From the NCBI RefSeq assembly GCF_006345805.1, contig NC_043001.1:114514001-114578000 (forward strand): DNA of 64,000 bases, in the 5' to 3' direction. Below are positions 38,870-51,005 of this stretch, piece after piece. The position numbers were made by a program, and so were the translations under genes. The number at the start of each line of letters is the position of its first letter. The stretch's first letter is position 1. Source of the DNA: Octopus sinensis (taxonomy: Eukaryota). The notes below the pieces were generated by a model. That model saw nothing but the letters and a program-made list of their open reading frames with translations. It was not told the origin of the DNA and made no database searches.

Positions 38870-38874
<5 letters not shown>
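37530..38874 (+). mobile_element. Internally deleted CR1/L2-group LINE (putative 5' region, APE fragment, C-terminus, tandem tail)
   Basis: GDILVMGD(F)NLPHVN...AAELLFNLMDEYFLTQLVLE joined directly to IEGMAALDYWDRLKALKLYSLQRRRERYII. Tail (ATCTAAGTTT)2 at 38855-38874. The 5' boundary is uncertain. Confidence 0.75.
37922..38101 (+). pseudogene. Myb/SANT-like (trihelix-type) domain fragment
   Basis: MANNIQKRHWVENEITALINTW...VYSKIAEKLAKQSFHRSVKQIENKIKEI fits the W..E...LI..W / Y..IA..L....F.RS..Q...K.K pattern. By eye. Confidence 0.6.
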
Positions 38875-38904
<30 letters not shown>

Positions 38905-40829
38905 CGATACATATTAGCTATTCAATATCGCCATAAACAATTAACATCATTTAAACATTTATTATTTGGTGACAAAATATTCCGCTCACCAATTTTGATC
39001 TGGCTGCTGACATGGTTCCACTGTGACGGGATCTCAATTGCAGAGGCGAAAATTGTAACGCGAAATAGGAAATTACTAAGCTAAGTTACCAGGCTTAGTA
39101 TGTTCCTTGAATAGCTGGTATGTCTTCCAAGCTATAATTGTGTTAGGTTTGATGCGACCTCAGATAGAATCAGTTATGTACATCTAATTAACGAAATATA
39201 AACATGCACGCAAGCACCAACACATTCATTTATATACACACATATATATGTGTGTGTACATATGTACATATATATGTAAATAAATAAATATATAAATAAA
39301 TAAATATATATATATATAAATATACACGCACAAATTTGAGGAAACAATAAGTAAGAGATTGTTGAAAACATCCAGATGCCGACTGGGTTTAAATAAATAT
39401 ATTATATATTGATAAAAAGTTACTCAATATCTAAGTATAACAGTCTTATAAATTAAAAAGTCAATAAAAGAAAATGGACAAGAAAAATATATAAAAGATG
39501 CTTGGTTTATTTTATTCGTATCACAATGGCGAAGTAATGCAAATTAAATAATTAAAAGATATACCTATAAGAACAATTATAAAAAGAACCACATCAAAAA
39601 AGCAACCCAAAATATCAACAAAAAAAAATTCTGCATATGTTTCAATCCGACAATATGTCTGAATCATCAATAATTGTAACTTTTATAGATGTAATAGAAG
39701 ATATATTGTAGGATATCTTCAGGAAAATAAGTATATTTTCGGTCTTCCATTTCGAATTGACTGATTTGAGGGCTATGTTTAGGGATTTCCAAATGTAATC
39801 AAACAACTTATTAGAACGCAGAGTTCATGCGATTAGCAATTTACTGTTTAAAATTTATCTATTGAACGTTGAAATGCTGCTAAAACATCAAATTTATTTG
39901 AAAAATGTATCTATCATATTTAAATTTTAATTTAGATATATTTAGAAAAGTTTATGTGAGGGAGATGTTAGAAAGACATGTAAACATGAGCGGGGTAATG
40001 TATACTACGATAATGTTTACTGGTGTCATTTAGGATTAAATTAGCTAGGACATAATTTCCAGCGTTCTAAGAAAAAATACTTGATATTTTAAAACAGGTA
40101 TATAAAAAAAAATTTATATTGTACTCACAAAATTCTAGAGAAATTAAAAACCGGAGTTACAGGATAAATTTCCCTAGGTCAAAATTTGAGTAACTAGTAT
40201 TCTCCCTTTTTTTATATATGGTTAATAATTTCATTTTTGTATTATAGAAATGCAAAATAGCTTGAGTTCCACTATAGAAATATGTCTATAAGTTTCAGGA
40301 ATAAAATAGATATCAAAACATACGTGTTCTTTAAATTTTCATATTTATAAATTGAAATATATCAACAGTCAATAATGCTGGATAGTAAGATTTTATAAAA
40401 TAAAAGATAAAATGGTCAATATACAGCATTTATGTAAAAATAGGGGTTATATTAAAACATAAACATGGGGTTTATTTAATGGTAATTATATGTAAATACT
40501 ATGATTAATAGTAAAGGTTAAGATAAATTATTGATTGGTATAAATGCAAGATTAACAGATCAATAGATTAAATTCATACTTATATACTTGTGTTAAATAT
40601 GGTCTATATAATGATTATTTTAATAGATAGTTATGCTGTTATCAATTATTTGTATTAAAAATGTCGGTTGTATGGGTGGTGTTCTCAATGTTAATTTTTT
40701 TTAAATTTAAATGGTGGTGTATAGAATATGTTGCTGAATTCTAATATAGAAGTTATTAACTATTTTTTATTTGAATATATTTATATATAGAATATATATA
40801 TATATGTATATATATATTATATATATATA

Positions 40830-40872
<43 letters not shown>

Positions 40873-40873
<1 letters not shown>

Positions 40874-41234
40874 TGCTTTTCATTCTTTCGGGGCCGATAA
40901 ATTATGTACCATTTGGGTACTGGGGTCGATCTAACCGACTGGCTCCCTCTCCAAAATTTTTGGGTCTTGTGTCTAGAACAGAAAAACATATTAGAAAGAC
41001 TGAAAGGCCGTGAGTTGGCAGAATAGATAGCACACCGGGCAAACTGCTTAGGGTCATATCGTCCATCTTTACATTCCTTTACATTCCGAGTTCAAATTCT
41101 GCCGAGGTCGACTTTACCTTTCATCCTTTCAGGATCGATAAGATAAGTACCAGTCGAACACTTCTGGCGATGAAGTTAGCTTCGCCCCTTCTCCGAAATT
41201 GCTGGCCTTGTGCCAAAAATTTGGAAGGAATATT
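40873..41234 (+). mobile_element. Two adjacent degenerate SINE A2 copies (3' half 40873-40993, near full length 41005-41234)
   Basis: A core CCTTTCATCCTTTC..GATAAG.TAAGTACCAG with A2-type tails. Confidence 0.75.
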
Positions 41235-41454
41235 GGAAATACTGGACAACAGTGATGAGGAAGAAGAAAGCACAATGTGTAACAAATAAAAGTGAAGGAA
41301 GATGTTAATAACTCAATGAGAAAATATTAAAAACCTTACTGGAATGTATACAGACGAACGTCTCCGCATAAATCAATGATTAACACCTCAAATGACTAAT
41401 AATTAAACACAACCTCACACATACAAGCAAATGCATACTTACATGTACATGAGA

Positions 41455-41474
41455 TATATATAGATATATATATA

Positions 41475-41539
<65 letters not shown>

Positions 41540-41797
41540 CCTGTGCATATATATGAGTATGCACGTATATATACTTATTCACACTTATATACACGAACAT
41601 ATACAGGTAGGTGTATGTATAATCCATCCATAAATATGTGTGTGTATACATACACACATGTATATGTATGTATGTATGTATTTATGTATTACTGCAATTG
41701 AAACAATTGTCGGATTGAAAGCTGTGATCTGATATGATTTTCTCCGTGGATATTATTGATATATATATATATGTATATATATATTATTATATATATA

Positions 41798-41845
<48 letters not shown>

Positions 41846-41846
41846 G

Positions 41847-41879
<33 letters not shown>

Positions 41880-41894
41880 GTATATATATATATG

Positions 41895-41959
<65 letters not shown>

Positions 41960-42010
41960 GTAGATATATATATATATATATATTTATATGGGTGTGTGGT
42001 ATGTGTATGA
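41455..42010. repeat. (TG)n / (TA)n compound microsatellite
   Basis: Direct inspection. Confidence 0.9.
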
Positions 42011-43289
42011 GCATACATATATATATATATATACACACTCACACATAACATACACACACACCACATGCGTGTAGTACGTAAACACTCAAAATTTGTGTAT
42101 TGCACAGTCCTATATATGCTCGCTTGGCCGGAATCCAATCTTAGTATGATACTAATGAATTATAGATCCTGTCTAATCTGTCTGTCTGTCTGTCTGTCTC
42201 TGTCACTCTCTCTCTCTCTCTCTCTCTCAATCACTCACTCTCTCTCTCTCATCGCACGCACGCATTTAAATAAACCAACGCTATGTTTTTGTCATCTATT
42301 ATGTTACTCACAAGCGCAAGGACTCAAAAGACGTAAACATGAACGTAGAGTCACGCGCGAAAACACATAAAAATACAAATGGAAACTTAATTACGTTTTG
42401 TGATAAAAAGAAATTCAAAAATGCAAATAGAAGTGCTTTGGCTTCGTAATTACAAGAAATCATTTATCTTCTGACATCCATCTTATTTAATGAAATAATT
42501 ATAATTAAATAACCAATTTACTGAATAAATATTGAAAATTGGTTGAGAAACAACAAAAATCAATATTAAATAACAATAATTGAAACTATAAATAAGAATT
42601 AGAGAAAAATATTTAAAACTAACAATATAATAATAAAAAATCTTACGAATTAAAACAAAATATAATTGTAATATCTCAAAAATATAATATAATGAATACT
42701 ATATATGTATTATATCTGTAAAAATAATATATATTTATATATGTACATATGAGTGTGTAAGTATATGCATGTATGTATATATGCGTGTATATATATACAT
42801 ATACATACATATATATATATATATTAAATAGATTATTGTATAATAATAGAATAATTGGACGAAACGAAAGTAAGATGATGAAATTTAAAGGAAATTTAAA
42901 CAATTAATACAAACAAACATAAAGAATTACATAATTAGGTATAAATTAATAATATTGATAATAATAATAATATGTGTTACAAAATCTTACAAAGATGTAA
43001 CTGCGATAATATCGCAAAGAGTGAAGGAATATTTAGAAGACAACGTCTTTGAATGCTTGTTGCAAATGATCGCAGGGCGCTAAAGATAAATTATTTATCA
43101 ACAAGAATTTAACCAAAGCTCTGGAAGGAATAAAATGAACTTGTTGTGACGCGGATTTTACAGTTTGCCTTACACATGAATCACGGAAGCACTTATGAAT
43201 AAGATAGCATAAATAAGAGTATACTTTATAAATTAAACCATAAGTTTTGCAGTCACAGATAAAAACCGGTAATATAAGACGCAAACTCC

Positions 43290-43530
43290 TCTTCATTAGA
43301 GTAATAATCTATGGGGACAACCTGTCTCTTTCTCTATCTCCCTCTCTCTCTCTCTTTGTGTCTGGCTCTAAAACCATTGAGCGACATGTTAAACAGAGCT
43401 CGACATGGATACATACGATAAGGGGAGATCTAACAATATTTGCATACAGGTGATCTCAAGTTGTATTCTGAAAGATATAAAGAGGTCAACACGTAGTTGT
43501 AGATGATACACGGATATACTAGAGTGATTA
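43290..43530 (+). mobile_element. Degenerate RT fragment of an RLE-type (R4-like) LINE
   Basis: IIYGDNLS...ALKPLSDMLNRARHGY...YLHTGDLKLYS resembles GI.QGDSLSP...PLS.LLN...GY...YMDDLKLY. Confidence 0.5.
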
Positions 43531-43827
43531 ATCTGGTGGCGGGGGGCGAATTACACCAACGTGATCTTGGGAAACCAGGAGGCTATTTGTAATCACCAAG
43601 GTCATTGTTTATTCAATTCAACCACATTCGTCTGAGTATGACGCTAGCTGGGGCTAAACACTAGTGATAGCGACTATCGAACTAGAAATGCATCTGGCGT
43701 CCTCACTAGCCTGAGTATTGCATGAAGGCACCGAAAGTGTTAAAAATTTTGCGTGAGATGTTTTCATCGCATGAAAACATTGGTAGCTCATACAAACATA
43801 TATTGTGTTTATTAAATAAAATATACA

Positions 43828-45252
43828 CATTGGTTCAGCCTATAAATAGTACATTTTTTTAAAAATTACATGAACCAAAAGTCGGAGTCGACAGGAGAAA
43901 CAACCTGCATCAATTTTCTATAAAAGCTGGTTGTAATTTTGCCTTATACTTATTTTTAATGCAAGTATTGACGAGTGAAGTTCGATTTAACAGTTATTTT
44001 TTCAAAGCTATAATGGAAATCACAAAGAGCAAGTTCAATAGAGGCAAGGAATATTAGTGCAGTATATGGAGATTGGACAAATAATGGTAAACTAGTGTCA
44101 AAGGTGGTTTCCGAAATTCCGAACCAGAAACTACAACCTAGAAGACGAGCCTCGTCATGGAAGTTCTGTAGAGCTCAACGAGGACGTCCTACAAAACCTG
44201 GTGGAACAAAATCTTATTGTAACTATTGAGTAACTAGCAGAGACGCGTGCATTTGGTCAGTAAACCATTCATCGACACCTGCGTACCATCGGAGAAGTCA
44301 GCAAATTGGGTCAATGGAACAGGGGTTGACCCGGGGGATGGCGAGGCAGATGCGCTGGTACAAATACTCACAGGGCTCGCACTTGGGTTCAAGGGAGCAG
44401 GAATACGATCCAGGGACCTAGAGCGCCCGAAGTCTCCACTACCTCGTCTATTTGAGACCGTAAGTATTGAAAATATATGTCTTGCTATATTAAATGGATT
44501 ATATCCTTTAACGTAGGGTGGGCAGCAGATTTTAAATCAAACTTCCCGACTCTAATCGCACGCAAAAAATGAATGTGCGCTCTTTTTTGCTCTCACGTCT
44601 GAATAGTGACTGGTGACGCGAAATGGGTTTTCTATAAAAATGTCACGCACCAAAGACAGTGGGTAGGGAAAGGAGAAACACCCCAGGCTAAAGAAGGTCT
44701 TCACCACTTAAGATGTTGCTATCCGTTGATTGGGATATGAAAGGTTTACTTTGAACTTTTAAACCCAAAGTAAACGATAACAAAGATCTACTGCGAGTAG
44801 CTTGAGCGGCTTAGGTCAGCGCTAGAAGAAAAGCGACCATATTTGGTTTTAAGACGAAATGTTTCCTTCGATCAGGATAATGCTCGGCCACATACACGAA
44901 GGATGACATTCCAAAGGTTGGAGCAGTTTGAATGCGAAACGATGCCCCACGCACCATATTCGCCGGACATTACCACATCTGATTATAATGTATTCTGCAT
45001 TCTTCAAAATCGTTTGGCCAGAAAAAAATATAAATTCTGTAGACAAGGTCAGAACAATACTGGAGGAGTATTTGCGTCACGGATTAGTGAATTTTGGAAC
45101 AGAGGTCTTGCAATTCTACTAGATAGATGGGGGAGTATTGCAGAAAAATGAAGGAGGGTATATTTTAGATTTAAAAAGATCATTGTTTATCTTAATATTG
45201 AAAAAGAAATGAGGTGTAAAAGAAACGGCATCATTTATGGGATGACACAATA
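43828..45252 (+). mobile_element. Mariner (DD34D) transposon remnant with a 229-bp foreign insertion
   Basis: LEDEPRHG, SKLGQW|insert|KLPDSNR, VTGDAKW, QDNARPH-(34 aa)-YSPDITTSDY. Degenerate TIRs near 43828 and 45252. Confidence 0.88.
44315..44543 (+). repeat. 229-bp dispersed repeat, copy 1 (inside the mariner)
   Basis: 7 mismatches in 229 nt against 49274-49502. Confidence 0.95.
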
Positions 45253-45467
45253 TATATATATATATTGCAGGAAATGCGAGAGTAGAAAACAGTCAACTGA
45301 TGAAATGTCATTTTTTGGATTTTTTTTTGTGTTGTTTGTCTTGTTTTCCATTTGTATTTTTCGGTGTTCGAAGAAATATTTCACTCTCCATGTACTCGTA
45401 CTTCGTATTTTTTGTTGTACACGTTTCGTTACGTCCTGTACCAACACACACACACATACACACACAC

Positions 45468-45514
<47 letters not shown>

Positions 45515-45631
45515 CATATATATATATATATTATATATATATATGTGTGTGTGTGTGTATAAGCATACATATATGTGTATATATATATATATAATATATA
45601 TATATACATACATACATACATCCATATATAC

Positions 45632-45675
<44 letters not shown>

Positions 45676-46646
45676 TATAAATGAGAGAGCGAGATCATAT
45701 TTGGCGTATCATAGCGCTCACGCTGTTTTATCGGCGTATTCTATCAACAAATAGGTATTTCAAACATACCGGCACCTCCCCAATTCATTCCACTTTTATT
45801 CATGTATTTGCTCATATCATTCCAGCTTCCATCTCAGCCCACTTCTAAGGACTCTCGGCGCATCGACCATTCAATGATTTGCGCTGTAATGACATTCATC
45901 AAAGAGCTGAAAGCTAGTATTGTTTGAGTAGAAGAACAAAACAGCCGGAAGTATGGGAGGACAATAAGAACAAGCTCGCTATATCATATACTGAAATACT
46001 TTGTGTTATAGAAATGCTTTATCTTTGTTTATTTAAAGTGATCCGTACGTATGCTTCTACTCTGTGATTGTCGTGTCTCCATTCGCATCATGTAGGCAAA
46101 TTGACTGCGCGTATTGGTCTACGTAGTGTCACTATCTGTCACTGTGCGTGCGTTTGTGGTTGCGTGAGTGCGTGTGTGTGTATGTGAGGCCGTGTATGTG
46201 TGTGCAAGTGGTTGTGCGTGCGTGCTCACACACGCACGCTTTTAAATGTAGACACACATGTATTCGCACAAGCATCGATAACGATGTATATATATGTTTA
46301 CATACATATATGCACGTATGCATGTGTATGTGAGCGTGTGACAGTGTGGGCACATATGTGTTTTCGCGCGTGCGTACGTACGTTTGTGCTTGTGTCGGTG
46401 CTTAAGTAGGAAGGAGTATTTGCGGTTGAGATGTCGCCAGCAATACTGGCCGTTCGTGAACTATCGATAGTAATGTTAATGATTGCTGATAGTGATTGCA
46501 GCAGGGATATGTGTGTATGTGTGTGTGTGTGTATGTGTGTGTGTGTACGTGTGTATGAATACATACATACACACATATATATATATATATATATGTGTGT
46601 GTGTATACGTATATATAGGTATATATAGGTATGTATATATGTATAC

Positions 46647-46679
<33 letters not shown>

Positions 46680-46714
46680 GTGTGTGTGTATGTGTGTGTA
46701 CATGTGAAATATAC

Positions 46715-46763
<49 letters not shown>

Positions 46764-47012
46764 GTGGAGGCGTAATGGCCCAGTGGTTAGGGCAGCGGAC
46801 TCGTGGACGTAGGATCACGGTTTCGATTCCCAGACCGAGCGTTGTGAACGAAAACACCTAAAATCTCCACTCTTTCTCTCACTCTTTCTACTGTTCGCTT
46901 GCTCGCTTAGCCAGCGGGGTGGCGTCATTCGAAGGCTAAAACAATGCGAACGCATTGTGACCAGCGATGTGTAAAAACATCTGATGGTCTGGTTGGTCAC
47001 GTGATCACGTGA
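46764..47012 (+). mobile_element. SINE family C2 (C head, internal deletion, different 3' tail)
   Basis: GTGGAGGCGTAATGGCCCAGTGGTTAGGG head; tail ...ATCTGATGGTCTGGTTGGTCACGTGATCACGTGAT. Confidence 0.8.
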
Positions 47013-47397
47013 TATATATATATATGTATCTATGTATGTGTGTACGTATGTACGTATGTATAGATGGTTGTATGCTTATAAATCCATATATATCTGCATG
47101 TAACAATGTGTGCATATTTCTCTGTCTGCAAGACACATTTTACTGGATGTGCTGGATCGCATTCTCATTGCTGTAACTTAGAACAATGTGACACGCTATG
47201 ACAAATATATGAGCATCCCCTGCACCACTATTCTATTAGAGAAAATCTTTAATTTTCGTTATTGTTAAGGAGATAAATGCAGGCATGACGTTTCCATCAC
47301 TGCACACAACATGATGTTGACTGCATGTTTGATTTTTATCACTCTCGGTACATGTTTTGGGGACACGGGCAGTCAACGGTTGTTATGCATGTTATGA

Positions 47398-47814
47398 AAG
47401 GCGGCGAGCTGGCAGAATCGTTAGCAAGCCGGACGGAATGCTTAGCAGTATTTCGTCTGTCTTCACATACTGAGTTCAAATTCCGCCGAAGTCGACTTTG
47501 CCTTTCATCCTTTCGGGGTCGATTAACTAAGTACCAGTTACGAACTGGGATCGATGTAATCGACTTAATACCTATGTCTGTCCTTGTTTGTCCCCTCTGT
47601 GTTTAGCCCCTTGTGGGTAATAAAGAAATAGGTATTTCGTCTGTCTTCACATTCTGAGTTCAAATTCCGCCGAGGTCGACTTTGCCTTTCATCCTTTCGG
47701 GGTCGATTAAATAAGTACCAGTTACGCACTGGGGTCGATATAATCGACTTAATCCGATTGTCTGTCCTTGTTTGTCCTCTCTGCGTTTAGCCCCTTGTGG
47801 GTAGTACAGAAATA
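47398..47814 (+). mobile_element. SINE family A dimer inserted as one unit
   Basis: Unit 2 restarts at GGTATTTCGTC (47631). A single 14-bp TSD GGTTGTTATGCATG at 47378-47391 and 47815-47828. Confidence 0.92.
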
Positions 47815-48104
47815 GGTTGTTATGCATGCTCACCATCTGATCCTGGCAGAAAAGTATGATGTATTCTGTGTACACGTGTTTTAGTCGCATCTTTCCAATT
47901 TTCAGCTTAAGTTTCCAATTTCGAGTTCTCAAAAACTATCATTTGTTCCCTGCTCATAACTGAGCATTTTCTTCCTTCACTTTAAGGAAATTGTACTTTT
48001 GAATTTTCCGTTTCTATTTTCTTCATGTTGATGACATTTAAAATTTGTAAGTAATAAATGTTTGATGTTATTTTTCATTATTTCTTTTGTTTTTTACTTT
48101 CTCT

Positions 48105-48517
48105 TTCTCTTTTCTCTTTTTCTTTTTTACTTGTTTCAGTCATTTGACTGCGGCCATGTTGGAGCACCGCCTTTAGTCGAGCAAATCGACCCCGGGACTT
48201 ATTCTTTGTAAGCCCACTACTTATTCTATCGGTCTCTTTTGCCAAACCGCTAAGTGACGGGGACGTAAACACACCAGCATCGGTTGTCAAGCAATGCTAG
48301 GGGGACAAACACAGACACACAAACACACACACACTTATATATATATACATATATACGACGGGCTTCTTTCAGTTTCCGTCTACCAAATCCACTCATAAGG
48401 CATTGGTCAGCTCGAGGCTATAGTAGAAGACACTTGCCCAAGATGCCACGCAGTGGGACTGAACCCAGAACCATGTAGTTGGTTAGCAAACTACTTACCA
48501 CACAGCCACTCCTGCGC
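48105..48517 (-). mobile_element. SINE family B, full length
   Basis: Same consensus as the other B copies. Confidence 0.92.
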
Positions 48518-49273
48518 TTATTTATCTTTACAAGATATATTATAGTTGAGCCTGTTTGGCCGATATAATTCTTATTGCATTGTGATGCAGTAAATGGGAT
48601 CCTTTGTTTTATACTTCATATTTGCAATGACCATTTTTTTCCCATTCTTGATTGTGTATGAGTGTGTGCGTGTGAGCGTGTGCATGCGCGCACTTATGTC
48701 TGTCTCTCTCTGTGTCATTCTGCTCAAGTTACACTCACCCAAATAAAGCCTGCACGTTTTGTTACCTGCATCATTTCTGGTTTTGATGTAAATTGCGCTT
48801 TTATCCACAGTCATTTCACATTTTGTGGCTGCCCCTTGTTTTTAATGATGTAGAATCCTTTAATAATTTCCCTGAGGTTTGATGACTGAGGTGGAACTGG
48901 AAGATTTTTTTGTACGTATGTGATATTAAGGTTTCTAAGGCCATGGATCACCGCAAATAGAATTGTTATGTTTTCGCTTTTGTTTTGACCGTTATTGTGA
49001 TGGCTTATCAATGTCTCCGAGATCACGATCTCTATTGCATGGCTTATGGCAAAAATTATTTAGTTTATCGCATTATTATCATATTATATTTTTATTTCTC
49101 AATGAATATTCTTATATCAACCATTCGCCTTTGTCGTCTACTTAGCAAATTATTGTGAAGAGATATTAATTACGAATATTAACGTAATTAAATGTAGTAG
49201 CATTACCAAAAGTTGTTGGGGGAAAAGCTATCCATACTACTGCAATTCAGCCTCATGGTCCCAGGGGACAAAC

Positions 49274-49502
49274 TGGAACAGGGGTTGACCCGGGGGATGG
49301 CCAGGCAGATGCGCTGGTACAAATACTCACAGGGCTCGCACTTGGGTTCCAGGGAGCAGGAATACGATCTAGGGACCTAGAGCGCCCGAGGTCTCCACTA
49401 CCTCGTCTATTTGAGACCGTAACTATTGAAAATATATGTCTTGCTATATTAAATGTATTATATCTTTTAACGTAGGGTGGGCAGCAGATTTTAAATCAAA
49501 CT
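49274..49502 (+). repeat. 229-bp dispersed repeat, copy 2
   Basis: Matches 44315-44543. CAAACT occurs both just upstream and at the right end. Confidence 0.95.
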
Positions 49503-49885
49503 ATTAATGTGGAGGCCGCCATCATTACTGTCGTTGTTATTGCTGTCTGCCATTCACAAATCCATGATCAACAGCCCCCCATGAAATTTTATCATCTTTC
49601 TTCGGATTTTGCAATGAGTTCTTAGTTTCTTTTTTCTGAAAACATTCCAGAAATATTTCAAAGTAATTTGGCTGCTGTTTCTAGCATGTCACAGACCATG
49701 AAGAATATCTTTGCTCATACATATGCTGGTAAAGATTTTAAAGTTATATTGGCTTGATGTAGAACTACTTTTTCGCTGTTGTTATTGTATGTCGACAGAG
49801 AATTATATTCGATTTTCAATTAATTTATCTCGTAATATAATTCGGTTTAATATATCGATTATAAATGTAAGATATTGCTGTATAA

Positions 49886-49933
<48 letters not shown>

Positions 49934-50098
49934 CGTGTAATTTTCTCTCCATTACGTTAGCACACGAATATCAAATAATAGAAGAATTATATAAAAAGAA
50001 ATCTTATTAAAATTGTAAATAATAAATTTTAAAATTCCGATAAGTGAATTTATAACCGAATAATGTTATGAGTGATATATGTATACACGTATATATAT

Positions 50099-50728
50099 TT
50101 CATATAAATACAGTGTACATTTAAACACATAAGAGATGATAGATGGCCATCATAGGACACCTAACACGCTAGAAGGAGTAATCAAAATCCAAACCACAAT
50201 TAGGCGTAATTTCGAAGGGAATTAAAAATAAAAACATTTACCATCTTCCTCCCGGACAATGGTTTCGAAGTCTCATTAGCAAATAAATTAATTTGCTAGA
50301 AGAAGTTCTCGTCAGTGGGAACGCCAAAAGTTTAACATATAAATACGAGGTAATACAGTACGTAGCTCGTGCTTACATATAACTTTCCAAATCCACTGCG
50401 CGAGCGCAGATTTGTCTGCAGCAAAAGACATAATGCCGACTTGCTTTAAAAAATATGCCAAAAATAATTAATAAATATCAGGTTAGGAAAAATTTTAGAA
50501 TTTTTTTTACTATCAGTTGCTTAGCATGTAGAAACTAGCAAATTAATTTATTTGCTAATTAGAATTCGAAACCATGGTTCGGGAGAAAGATTATAGGTGT
50601 TTTTATTTTTCATTCCCTTCGAAATTACCCCTGATAGTGGTTTGGATTTTGACTACTCCTTCTAGTGTGTTAGGTGTCTTATGATGGCCATCTCTTATGT
50701 GAGTAAATGTACACTGTATTTATATGAA
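50099..50728. mobile_element. MITE with ~190-200-bp TIRs (Tc1/mariner-like TA|CAGTG...CACTG|TA)
   Basis: 50111-50299 is inverted relative to 50535-50716, and the symmetry extends about 12 nt outside CAGTG/CACTG. Confidence 0.85.
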
Positions 50729-50739
50729 TAATATATAGT

Positions 50740-51005
50740 ATATTGACTATTTTCTACGTATCAGGCCACTGGTAGTAAAACTTTTTTTTTATTTTTCCTA
50801 CGCTGATATTTATTAACAATTTTTGGCAAATTTTTATTTGCTGCCAACAAAACTGCGCTTGCGCGGTGGATTTGAAAAAATTATAATATGTAATCACGAG
50901 GCGTGTACTGCATTGCCTCGTATTTATATGTTAATCTTTTGGCGTCTCCACTGATGAGAACTTTGCCTATAGTAAAAATTTCTAAAATTTTTCCTATTCT
51001 GATAT
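50740..51005 (-). mobile_element. Inverted, more diverged copy of the MITE internal segment
   Basis: Reverse complement of about 50760-50960 matches 50306-50535; 50965-51005 matches 50470-50515. Confidence 0.7.

Noticed and set aside
39360-40740. Mitochondrial insertion (NUMT) or PLE ORF
   Set aside because: AT-rich, but I recognised no mitochondrial gene or rRNA motif, and trial PLE translations were unconvincing on both strands.
47133-47201. THFTGCAGSHSHCCNLEQCDTL* after an AG, reminiscent of a Ly6/three-finger C-terminus
   Set aside because: Lacks the canonical CC..D.CN ending, is only 22 aa, and has no supporting upstream exons.
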